IMG/VR virus record: IMGVR_UViG_3300042307_001070 | DNA: 64,000 bases | Direction: 5' to 3' (one strand) | Source of the DNA: an uncultured virus (IMG/VR IMGVR_UViG_3300042307_001070) | Lineage: Duplodnaviria > Heunggongvirae > Uroviricota > Caudoviricetes | Shown: piece by piece, positions 51,505 to 58,429 of the stretch | Layout of the letters: the number at the start of each line of letters is the position of its first letter | How positions within the stretch are numbered: the stretch's first letter is position 1 | Notes under the pieces: model-generated | Database searches by the model: none | Told to the model about the DNA's origin: nothing | Seen by the model: the letters and a program-made list of their open reading frames with translations, nothing else | Program-made: the position numbers and the translations under genes

Positions 51505-51855
51505 ATGAAAAAAATTATTAGACTTACAGAATCCGATTTAGCAAGAATTGTTAGACGGGTTATTAGAGAAGAAGAAAATAAACTACCTTGTGATACTTGG
51601 GAAGGTGCGATAAAATTCATTAAAGATAATCCATTAGGTGTACAGGGGTTTAAATTTGAAAGATTTGTTGAGGGTATTAAAACCAACCCAATGGTTTTAA
51701 AACACCCAACAATAAAAGGTGAGTTACAAATCGAAAAAGATAATACATGGAACTTATTCGATATCAAAGGAAAAAGTACCAACTCAGGTAAATGGTCATG
51801 CAAATCAATGCCAGGTGGAGGAACTCGAATTAGTCTTGGTGTTGATTTAAAATAA
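51505..51855 (+). CDS. RLTESDL-module protein
   Basis: [23 protein letters not shown]. Confidence 0.7.
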   Translation: MKKIIRLTESDLARIVRRVIREEENKLPCDTWEGAIKFIKDNPLGVQGFKFERFVEGIKTNPMVLKHPTIKGELQIEKDNTWNLFDIKGKSTNSGKWSCKSMPGGGTRISLGVDLK

Positions 51856-51878
51856 AAACACTTTTTAAATAAAAAAAA

Positions 51879-52724
51879 ATGAATAGAAGTTATAGTAAAA
51901 TCAGACACATTCAGGAAGCAAATCTATTAATAGAAAAAAGATTACTTGAATCTAAATCCGACAATTTAAAACCATTAATATCAGAACAAGATGTTAAACA
52001 AGGCGCTGCCGGTGATCCATACCAATATAAAAAAGAAGGTGGAAAGTATTTTTATGCTAAAAAGGCTGAAGGGACAAATGCAAAGTGGGTTGAACAAACA
52101 AAAGACGAAGGTATTAAAGCTATTGCAACTAAAATATTTGGTGATCCTGCACCATCAAAAAATCAAACAAGCACTAAACCTGTAGATCCAAATATACCAA
52201 CTAAAGAAAATACACCATTAACAACACCAGCACCGACTAAATCACCAACTAATACGAACACGACAACGAATACAACAATACCAACCAAAACACCAACGAA
52301 TACGAACACGACAACGAATACTAATACGAATACAACAACGAATACTAATACGAATACACCAACCACAAATAATCAACAATCTACCGTTCAGTGGGGAAAT
52401 ATACCAATAGTTGGGGGAACCTTTGCTGCTGATAAATGTAATGGGGGTAATACAATCAATGATCAACAAGTTAGAGGATTTTTAAGTGACGGTGGAGATA
52501 ATTTTTGGTCTAAATCTACAATAGACACAAAAAACAAAACTTATTATTTTTATTATCAAGAACCAATAAAGAAAAATAGTTCATCAGGTAAAAAATATTG
52601 TAAAATAACCGATATTAAAACATACGATTTAACGGGATATACAGACAAAAGAGACAATACTAAAGTCAATACTAAGTATTTTGGTTATCTTGTTACTTCT
52701 GTAGAAATACCCCAAACAACATAA
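51879..52724 (+). CDS. MNRSYSKIRHIQE-module protein with Thr/Asn repeat linker
   Basis: Shared N-terminus; TNTNTTT repeats. Confidence 0.7.
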   Translation: MNRSYSKIRHIQEANLLIEKRLLESKSDNLKPLISEQDVKQGAAGDPYQYKKEGGKYFYAKKAEGTNAKWVEQTKDEGIKAIATKIFGDPAPSKNQTSTKPVDPNIPTKENTPLTTPAPTKSPTNTNTTTNTTIPTKTPTNTNTTTNTNTNTTTNTNTNTPTTNNQQSTVQWGNIPIVGGTFAADKCNGGNTINDQQVRGFLSDGGDNFWSKSTIDTKNKTYYFYYQEPIKKNSSSGKKYCKITDIKTYDLTGYTDKRDNTKVNTKYFGYLVTSVEIPQTT

Positions 52725-52816
52725 AAAAATAATAAAAACACTTGTCAATTAAAAAAAAATACCTATATTTGTAGTGTAATTAAAACTTTTAGAAAAAACT
52801 ATATATTTATAACAAG

Positions 52817-52927
52817 ATGAGAACAACTAATAAACATATGAACATTTGTAACCCGAGCATTCAGTGGTCGTTTAACGTGTATCGTACGCTTAAGTCGCAT
52901 ATTAGGGCATTTTCATTTATGAGTTGA
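52817..52927 (+). CDS. Putative attenuator leader peptide 1 (36 aa)
   Basis: MRTTNKHMNICNPSIQWSFNVYRTLKSHIRAFSFMS* between promoter elements (TATATTTG 52764; TATTTAT 52804) and a terminator ahead of tRNA array 1. Confidence 0.65.
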   Translation: MRTTNKHMNICNPSIQWSFNVYRTLKSHIRAFSFMS

Positions 52928-52958
52928 TAAAGATTAACTAAAAATATAAAAGAAATAT

Positions 52959-52991
52959 AAGACCCGAACTCAAAACAGTTCGGGTTTTTTT
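52959..52991 (+). terminator. Intrinsic terminator/attenuator before tRNA array 1
   Basis: GACCCGAACT-CAAAAC-AGTTCGGGTT plus T tract. Confidence 0.85.
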
Positions 52992-53005
52992 ATACCCAAA
53001 AATTT

Positions 53006-53078
53006 GGTTCCTTAGTATAGTTTGGTAATATCCCGGCTTTGTAACCCGGAGTCATCAGTTCGAACCTGATAGGAACCT
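53006..53078 (+). tRNA. tRNA-Thr(TGT)
   Basis: GGTTCCT/AGGAACC acceptor; TT-TGT-AA; TTCGAAC. Confidence 0.85.
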
Positions 53079-53094
53079 CAAACAAAAAGAAAAA

Positions 53095-53111
53095 GTTCTT
53101 TGACATATTGG
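53095..53111 (+). promoter_or_regulatory. boxA-like antitermination element
   Basis: GTTCTTTGACATATTGG, identical at 57178. Confidence 0.65.
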
Positions 53112-53121
53112 CTTCATAAAA

Positions 53122-53205
53122 GGAGAGATAATCACAACGGCTTGTGACTCCGTCTTGAAAACGGCAGGTACTGAAAGGTATGGGGGTCGGCACCTCATCT
53201 CTCCT
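53122..53205 (+). tRNA. tRNA-Ser(TGA)
   Basis: GGAGAGA/TCTCTCC; CT-TGA-AA; long variable arm; atypical T-loop. Confidence 0.75.
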
Positions 53206-53213
53206 CTGTAAAT

Positions 53214-53298
53214 TGCGGGGTAGACGAATTAGGCAAAGTCACCAGATTTTGACTCTGGAGGTAAATTACCATTGGAGGTTCGATCCCTCCCCCCGTAG
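53214..53298 (+). tRNA. tRNA-Gln(TTG) with extended variable arm
   Basis: TGCGGGG/CCCCGTA; CCAGA-TT-TTG-AC-TCTGG; 15-nt variable region. Confidence 0.85.
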
Positions 53299-53312
53299 CT
53301 AAAAAACAATAT

Positions 53313-53386
53313 CTAGGTGTAGCTCAGTTTGGTAGAGCGGGGAGTTTGGGACTCTCAGGTCGCAGGTTCGATCCCTGTCACTTAGA
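53313..53386 (+). tRNA. tRNA-Pro(TGG)
   Basis: Canonical cloverleaf, TT-TGG-GA. Confidence 0.9.
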
Positions 53387-53390
53387 CAAC

Positions 53391-53466
53391 GTCTTCGTAG
53401 CTCAGTTGGTTTTAGAGCACTCCACTTTTAATGGAGGGGTCACAGGTTCGATTCCTGTCGGGGACA
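53391..53466 (+). tRNA. tRNA-Lys(TTT)
   Basis: CTCCA-CT-TTT-AA-TGGAG. Confidence 0.9.
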
Positions 53467-53535
53467 CAAAAAAATTTAGTAAAAAAGAACGATAGTTACC
53501 AAAAAATGGTTATCTTCGTTCCAAGAAACTAAAAT

Positions 53536-53609
53536 ACACTCTTAGCTCAGATGGTAGTAGCGGTTGTTTTACATACAACAGGTCACAGGTTCAAACCCTG
53601 TAGAGTGTA
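53536..53609 (+). tRNA. tRNA-Val(TAC)
   Basis: GTTGT-TT-TAC-AT-ACAAC. Confidence 0.88.
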
Positions 53610-53619
53610 CAAAAAATAA

Positions 53620-53700
53620 GGAAGTGTTGAGCATTTGGCTGGCTCGCTTGACTGTAGATCAAGTCCGAAAGGCGTGTAGGTTCGACCCCTACCACTTCCA
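53620..53700 (+). tRNA. tRNA-Tyr(GTA)
   Basis: CTTGA-CT-GTA-GA-TCAAG; variable arm. Confidence 0.88.
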
Positions 53701-53708
53701 CAACAAAT

Positions 53709-53797
53709 TGATGGGTGTCCCGAGATGGCCGAAGGGTCCGGCCTGTTAAGCCGATGAGAAATATTCTCCACCGTGGGTTCGAATCCCACCCCATCAG
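53709..53797 (+). tRNA. tRNA-Asn(GTT) with long variable arm
   Basis: TGATGGG/CCCATCA; CT-GTT-AA; variable stem GAGAA/TTCTC. Confidence 0.85.
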
Positions 53798-53847
53798 CTG
53801 ATTTTTTCCGAACTATCAGATATTTATTAATATAAAATGTTAATATT

Positions 53848-54390
53848 ATGGAAAGGTATTCGGAAAAAATTATATCTTTGAGGAAAGAAGGGAAAACCTA
53901 CAAAGAGATTACTAAAATTTTAGGTTGTGCAATGTCAACAGTGTCGTATCATTGTCAGATACATAAATTGGGGGATAACAACCAAAAAGTGACGGAAGAA
54001 GAGAAAGATAAACTTCAAAAATTATACGATGAAGTAGGATCCTTAAAAAAAGTTGCAAGGATAACAGGTAGGTCTTTTGAAACTGTTAAAAAACACGTTA
54101 ATAGTGTGGTTAGAGTTAAAAAGATTAGTGGTTCCCAATCGGTTATATTGTGGAGAAAGAGAACTAAAAAGAAATTAATTGAATATAAGGGGGGAGGATG
54201 TGAATTGTGTGGGTATAGTAAATGTGATTCAGCATTACAATTTCACCATAAAAACCCTGACGAAAAAGATTTCTCAATTTCTGGTAGAAGTTTGTCTTTT
54301 GACAGATTAAAAGAAGAAGTTGATAAATGTATGTTGGTGTGTTCTAACTGTCACGCCGAAATACACGAAAAAAATACCACCGAGAAGTGA
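53848..54390 (+). CDS. HTH + HNH homing endonuclease within the tRNA array
   Basis: Two HTH-like segments; CELCGY..LQFHH..CMLVCSNCHAEIH. Confidence 0.85.
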   Translation: MERYSEKIISLRKEGKTYKEITKILGCAMSTVSYHCQIHKLGDNNQKVTEEEKDKLQKLYDEVGSLKKVARITGRSFETVKKHVNSVVRVKKISGSQSVILWRKRTKKKLIEYKGGGCELCGYSKCDSALQFHHKNPDEKDFSISGRSLSFDRLKEEVDKCMLVCSNCHAEIHEKNTTEK

Positions 54391-54449
54391 CTGACGAGTC
54401 CGATGACGAGCTGAGGGGGTGGTTAAGAAATACCCCTAAATACGTACCA

Positions 54450-54522
54450 GTTCACGTAGCTCAATTGGTAGAGCGCCGATCTGATACGTCGGAGGTAATG
54501 GGATCGTAACCCGTCGTGAACA
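54450..54522 (+). tRNA. tRNA-Ile(GAT)
   Basis: CCGAT-CT-GAT-AC-GTCGG. Confidence 0.88.
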
Positions 54523-54580
54523 CAAAAAGGGGGATAACTTGTGTGGGTGCCCCAACTACTGCAGTAGTACCACACTCTAT

Positions 54581-54669
54581 GGAAAGTAAACCCTGAAGGC
54601 GACGGGACATGCCTGCTAAGCATTGTGATCGGTGAAAATCCGATTGTGGATCGTTACCACTGCTTTCCG
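54581..54669 (+). tRNA. tRNA-Ser(GCT)
   Basis: CT-GCT-AA loop; long variable arm; G discriminator. Confidence 0.8.
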
Positions 54670-54673
54670 CAAC

Positions 54674-54743
54674 TCCCGTATGATCAGGGATCAAAGTTGG
54701 CTCATATCCTACTTGAGGTTGGTTCAAGTCCAACATACGGGAC
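54674..54743 (+). tRNA. Atypical tRNA with CAT anticodon (Met/Ile2)
   Basis: TCCCGTAT/ATACGGGA, minimal D-arm GATC-AGG-GATC, CT-CAT-AT, T-arm GTTGG-TTCAAGT-CCAAC. Confidence 0.65.
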
Positions 54744-54749
54744 TTATAT

Positions 54750-54823
54750 GGTGTATGTAGCTCAGTTGGTAGAGTGTCGGTTTGTGGAACCGAAGGTCGT
54801 GGGATCGTGACCCATCATACACA
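54750..54823 (+). tRNA. tRNA-His(GTG)
   Basis: Encoded G-1; TCGGT-TT-GTG-GA-ACCGA. Confidence 0.88.
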
Positions 54824-54824
54824 C

Positions 54825-54992
54825 AAAAGATGATAAGAAGCGTAGAATGACAGACGTGGAGAGACGTGTCGCAAGGGTACAAACTAAGGATAGGTATTCA
54901 ATCTTAATTGTATTGATGTAATAACCCAACTCTCTAATGGTGTGTGAAGGTTTCCAAACCAAGATTCCTGATAAAGTCATTCATCATCTTTT
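54825..54992 (+). ncRNA. Candidate structured RNA between tRNA-His and tRNA-Trp
   Basis: AAAAGATGAT/ATCATCTTTT and GAATGAC/GTCATTC closing helices. Confidence 0.5.
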
Positions 54993-55033
54993 TTTGACAT
55001 CCGATGTCGGTCCCGAGCTAGGTCGGGCAATTT

Positions 55034-55104
55034 GCGTGGTACAGACAAGGTGTCGGTCAGGTCTCCAAAACCTCGACGGGTTAGTTCGATTCTAACACCA
55101 CGCG
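55034..55104 (+). tRNA. tRNA-Trp(CCA)
   Basis: GCGTGGT/ACCACGC; AGGT-CT-CCA-AA-ACCT; compact D-arm. Confidence 0.8.
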
Positions 55105-55114
55105 CAAATAACAA

Positions 55115-55187
55115 GGACTCGTAGCTCAGTTGGTAGAGCACAGGACTGAAAATCCTGGTGTGGTCGGTTCGATTCCGTCCGAGTCCA
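55115..55187 (+). tRNA. tRNA-Phe(GAA)
   Basis: CAGGA-CT-GAA-AA-TCCTG. Confidence 0.92.
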
Positions 55188-55204
55188 CAAAACAAATAGA
55201 AATA

Positions 55205-55660
55205 ATGAACAGAGTATTTAGAACGGTTAACGGTGAAACAATTCCTGATGTGGTAAAACATACCTTAGATGTTCTGAAAGAATGTCCATGGGTGGAAGTA
55301 CACATCGGTACAGACTCACAAAACCACAGAAGAAGTACCGTGTATGTTACGGTAATAGCTTATAGGTATGGGAATAGGGGTGTCCATTATATTCTTCACA
55401 AACAGAAAGTGAAAAAAATAAGAGATAAATGGACACGTCTTTGGAATGAGGCCGATTATTCAATTGAGGTTGCCGAATGGTTAACCAAAAAAGTAAAGGT
55501 GCAAGTTGAGATTGACTTAGATTATAATAGTCAGGAAAAACATTTCAGTTCAAAACTTGTTCCTCCTGTTGTTGGGTGGGCAACATCGTTGGGTTATAAA
55601 ACAAATATTAAACCTGACAACCAAATTGCAACAAAAGCGGCAGATCACCACTGCCGTTAA
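55205..55660 (+). CDS. RNase H-like YkuK (DUF458) family protein
   Basis: HIGTDSQ, RLWNEA, EIDLDYN, AADH; real start MNRVFR (the track start lies inside tRNA-Phe). Confidence 0.8.
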   Translation: MNRVFRTVNGETIPDVVKHTLDVLKECPWVEVHIGTDSQNHRRSTVYVTVIAYRYGNRGVHYILHKQKVKKIRDKWTRLWNEADYSIEVAEWLTKKVKVQVEIDLDYNSQEKHFSSKLVPPVVGWATSLGYKTNIKPDNQIATKAADHHCR

Positions 55661-55665
55661 TATAA

Positions 55666-55737
55666 GGACCTATGACCGAGAGATTTAGGTGCCGGTCTGC
55701 AAAACCGGTTAGATTGGTTTGATTCCAATTAGGTCCT
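55666..55737 (+). tRNA. tRNA-Cys(GCA)
   Basis: CCGGT-CT-GCA-AA-ACCGG; U discriminator. Confidence 0.88.
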
Positions 55738-55744
55738 CAATAAT

Positions 55745-55825
55745 ACCTTCGTGGTGGAACGGTAGACACGTCAGATTTAGGATCTGATGCCGTAAGGTGT
55801 GAGAGTTCGAGTCTCTCCGAAGGTA
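55745..55825 (+). tRNA. tRNA-Leu(TAG)
   Basis: TCAGA-TT-TAG-GA-TCTGA; variable arm. Confidence 0.9.
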
Positions 55826-55836
55826 CAAAAAAGATT

Positions 55837-55875
55837 GATCCGTTATCTGTTGTGAAACACGTAACGGATTTTTTT
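55837..55875 (+). terminator. Terminator ending tRNA array 1
   Basis: ATCCGTTA..TAACGGAT plus T tract. Confidence 0.7.
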
Positions 55876-55910
55876 GTATATTGATATATTTATATATAAA
55901 ATAAAATATT

Positions 55911-56180
55911 ATGAATAGATTAACAGAAAGAGATTTGTCAAGAATTGTTAGACAAGTTATTAAAGAAGACAAAGAAGATAAGAAAAAAACTATGAATGAC
56001 ATACCTGATAGTTTCTTTAAAAGTTTTTTATCAAAAACTAGTAGCATAATGACAAGCGAGGAGTTTTCTGATATTGAATCAATTTTAGGAAAAAGAGTTG
56101 GATCAAATGGTGAAGGTATGGGTGATGTTTTTGAAAAAATATTTATGGAAGCAAGAACAAGAAGAAGAAAAAACGATTAA
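55911..56180 (+). CDS. RLTExDL-module protein
   Basis: MNRLTERDLSRIVRQVIKE. Confidence 0.7.
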   Translation: MNRLTERDLSRIVRQVIKEDKEDKKKTMNDIPDSFFKSFLSKTSSIMTSEEFSDIESILGKRVGSNGEGMGDVFEKIFMEARTRRRKND

Positions 56181-56181
56181 T

Positions 56182-56625
56182 ATGAAAAAAATAATAAGAC
56201 TTACAGAATCAGATTTAACAAGGATAGTAAAAAAGGCGATTAACGAATCCAAATCACTAACTAAAAAACAATTGGATCAGATGGTTAAAGATAGTCTAAT
56301 CACCCCAAGAGATAGTGAAATCTTAAAACTATATTATATTGATAATATGAGTTTTGATGATATAGCTAATAAGTTTGATAGAACCGTATCAAGTACTAAA
56401 CAACTAATTAAAAAGTTATATAATGATATTTCAGATGTTGATGGGTTAAAAAATAAAAGACAAAGTAAAGATGACTCACAAAAAGAAAACCATATAAATA
56501 AAGTTAAAAAAGAAATGAAAAGGGTTAAATTTTATCTTGATAATGGTTATTTAACTAAAAATGAAATTATGTCTTTATTTAAAGAAGTTTTAAATGGTGA
56601 AGAAAAATTAACAACATTAAGATAA
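56182..56625 (+). CDS. RLTESDL-module protein with sigma region 4-like HTH
   Basis: ITPRDSEILKLYYIDNMSFDDIANKFDRTVSSTKQ. Confidence 0.7.
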   Translation: MKKIIRLTESDLTRIVKKAINESKSLTKKQLDQMVKDSLITPRDSEILKLYYIDNMSFDDIANKFDRTVSSTKQLIKKLYNDISDVDGLKNKRQSKDDSQKENHINKVKKEMKRVKFYLDNGYLTKNEIMSLFKEVLNGEEKLTTLR

Positions 56626-56629
56626 ATTT

Positions 56630-57009
56630 TTAAATAAAACTTGACACTTTTGAAAAGAGTGAATATTTATAATTAAAATAATATTATGAGAAAAACTATA
56701 AAATTAACGGAAGGTGATTTATCACGTATTGTTAGACGAGTTATTAAAGAAGATAAAGAAGAAGATGAAATGGAAGGTATGGGTATGTCCATTACAGTAA
56801 AAGATATATTTGAGGCGGTTATAGATGCTCTTCACGATCTTGGTACGTATGATGATGCATCTATGGGTGAAAAGGCAATGAATTTGGCTAAAATGATTAT
56901 GAGTAACATGCAAGATGACTTGGCTTACGTTACTGAGAATTATGAGGATCAACTTTATGATATTCTTGGTGATGAAAATTATTAAATAAAACTTGACACT
57001 TTTGAAAAG
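56630..57009 (+). repeat. 28-nt direct repeat flanking gene 56686..56985
   Basis: TTAAATAAAACTTGACACTTTTGAAAAG at 56630-56657 and 56982-57009. Confidence 0.85.
56686..56985 (+). CDS. KLTEGDL-module protein
   Basis: [22 protein letters not shown]. Confidence 0.7.
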   Translation: MRKTIKLTEGDLSRIVRRVIKEDKEEDEMEGMGMSITVKDIFEAVIDALHDLGTYDDASMGEKAMNLAKMIMSNMQDDLAYVTENYEDQLYDILGDENY

Positions 57010-57045
57010 TATCATATATTTATAACAAAACAAATAAAAACGCAA

Positions 57046-57120
57046 ATGAAAAATTTACATATCATATTATTAGGCGGATTGGCGATAGCTGAGGATCGTT
57101 CCTATAAGGAGATGGTATGA
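57046..57120 (+). CDS. Putative attenuator leader peptide 2 (24 aa)
   Basis: MKNLHIILLGGLAIAEDRSYKEMV*; GAGATGG (57109-57115) is complementary to the terminator arm CCATCTC (57150-57156). Confidence 0.65.
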   Translation: MKNLHIILLGGLAIAEDRSYKEMV

Positions 57121-57145
57121 TAAATTAATTATATAATAAATTTTG

Positions 57146-57177
57146 AAACCCATCTCAATTACGAGGTGGGTTTTTTT
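57146..57177 (+). terminator. Intrinsic terminator/attenuator before tRNA array 2
   Basis: AAACCCATCTC-AATTAC-GAGGTGGGTTT plus T tract, directly followed by a boxA-like element. Confidence 0.85.
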
Positions 57178-57290
57178 GTTCTTTGACATATTGGTAAAAA
57201 AAAGTTTAAAAAAGATTTGGTAGATCAAAATAGATTACATATCTTTGTAAAACAAATAAGGAAAAAAGGTTCTTTGAAATATTAAAAATA

Positions 57291-57383
57291 TTGTGGTTGT
57301 AAGAAACGGGAAACTCGTAAAGTGCATTAACCTGTTGACTCAAGATGGTGAAACGAGAGTTTGAGTCAACTACTAAACTACAA
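57291..57383 (+). ncRNA. Candidate structured RNA
   Basis: TTGTGGTT/AACTACAA closing helix; perfect GTTGACTCAA/TTGAGTCAAC stem. Confidence 0.5.
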
Positions 57384-57392
57384 ATGGTATAT

Positions 57393-57464
57393 CGCAGGAT
57401 AGAGCAGTGGTAGCTCGCAAGGCTCATAACCTTGAGGTCGGAGGTTCGAACCCTTCTCCTGCAA
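57393..57464 (+). tRNA. Initiator-type tRNA-Met(CAT)
   Basis: C1:A72 mismatch; CAAGG-CT-CAT-AA-CCTTG. Confidence 0.88.
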
Positions 57465-57547
57465 CAACTAATAGCCAACCAAGCTTTACTACGATACGGG
57501 TAATACCTGTGGGTTAGGGGTGACGGTCAGGAGAGACTGACGATTAT

Positions 57548-57627
57548 GCTGACGTACCGGTGGATGCTTATATCATCTATGCCCGTAGAGGAAGTTTTAA
57601 ACGTTGGTTCGATCCCAACCGTCAGTA
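57548..57627 (+). tRNA. D-armless tRNA-like RNA with TAT (Ile) anticodon
   Basis: GCTGACG/CGTCAGT; TGGATG-CT-TAT-AT-CATCTA directly after the acceptor; normal T-arm. Confidence 0.55.
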
Positions 57628-57633
57628 CAATAA

Positions 57634-57705
57634 GCGGGTATCGTATAATGGTTATTACTCCACACTTCCAATGTGGAGATGAGTGTTCGATTCATTCTAC
57701 CCGCA
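57634..57705 (+). tRNA. tRNA-Gly(TCC)
   Basis: CCACA-CT-TCC-AA-TGTGG. Confidence 0.88.
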
Positions 57706-57710
57706 CAAAT

Positions 57711-57780
57711 GGGCCTGATGCCGACGGCAGGTCAACTGATTTGCAATCAGATTGTTTGGGTTCGATTCCCACAGTGTCCA
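57711..57780 (+). tRNA. tRNA-Ala(TGC), atypical
   Basis: G3-U70 pair, bulged acceptor, CTGA-TT-TGC-AA-TCAG, tiny D-loop. Confidence 0.7.
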
Positions 57781-57852
57781 CAAAAAAAGTTTGAAAAAGA
57801 TTTGGCAGATTGAAATAGATTACATATCTTTGTAGAACAAAAATAAAGAACT

Positions 57853-58134
57853 ATGACAAACACAGAGACAATTAAAACCGTAGGTTTAAAAATTACAAAA
57901 ATTGAAGGATACGATTATTGTTTGACAGGATACCCAAACAAAAACACAATCCGTAATTGGGAAGATGCGTATGAGTTTGAAAGTTTTGTACAAGATGTTT
58001 TAAAGATTGAAGGTGAGTTTGATTCTGAAAGTGGTCAGTTCTACGTGTACTTCAAAACTAAACAAAAGGCAACTGCGGCTTTGAATAAGATTGAAAAACA
58101 TTTCAAAAAAGTTGGTGAAATGTTAGGTTTGTAA
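57853..58134 (+). CDS. Hypothetical protein
   Basis: ORF after a TTTG..TATCTTTG promoter. Confidence 0.6.
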   Translation: MTNTETIKTVGLKITKIEGYDYCLTGYPNKNTIRNWEDAYEFESFVQDVLKIEGEFDSESGQFYVYFKTKQKATAALNKIEKHFKKVGEMLGL

Positions 58135-58142
58135 GAGTTAAT

Positions 58143-58216
58143 CGCCCGTTGGACAAGTGATTGAAGTCGCTTCCCTTTCACGGAAGAGATCATGGGTTTG
58201 AATCCCATACGGGTGA
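58143..58216 (+). tRNA. tRNA-Glu(TTC)
   Basis: CTTCC-CT-TTC-AC-GGAAG. Confidence 0.85.
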
Positions 58217-58217
58217 C

Positions 58218-58408
58218 AATGAGTGAGAGATACTCAAGATGTTTTTAAGTTCATACAAAACTTAACGGTAGAAGTTACACCTACGTTACGGGTACTCGTT
58301 GGGAATAAGGAAGGAAGGTTCTCCTCGCCCCCAAGTAAGAACTGACTTTTAAGTGGTAAGACACGTTGGGTTTTCAAATAGAAAAACTGTGAATATCTAC
58401 TCACCATT
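58218..58408 (+). ncRNA. Candidate ~190-nt structured RNA
   Basis: Termini pair: AATG-GTGAG-AGATA / TATCT-CTCAC-CATT. Confidence 0.5.
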
Positions 58409-58429
58409 AATCTCAGGTGGGGAAACTTT

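Noticed and set aside
52240..52360. aatacgaac/aatact repeats
   Set aside because: Encode a Thr/Asn low-complexity linker
54391..54437. Hammerhead-like core CTGACGA-GTC-CGAT-GAC-GA after the HNH gene
   Set aside because: GAAA core reads GAGC, and no convincing stems I/III with an NUH site could be found
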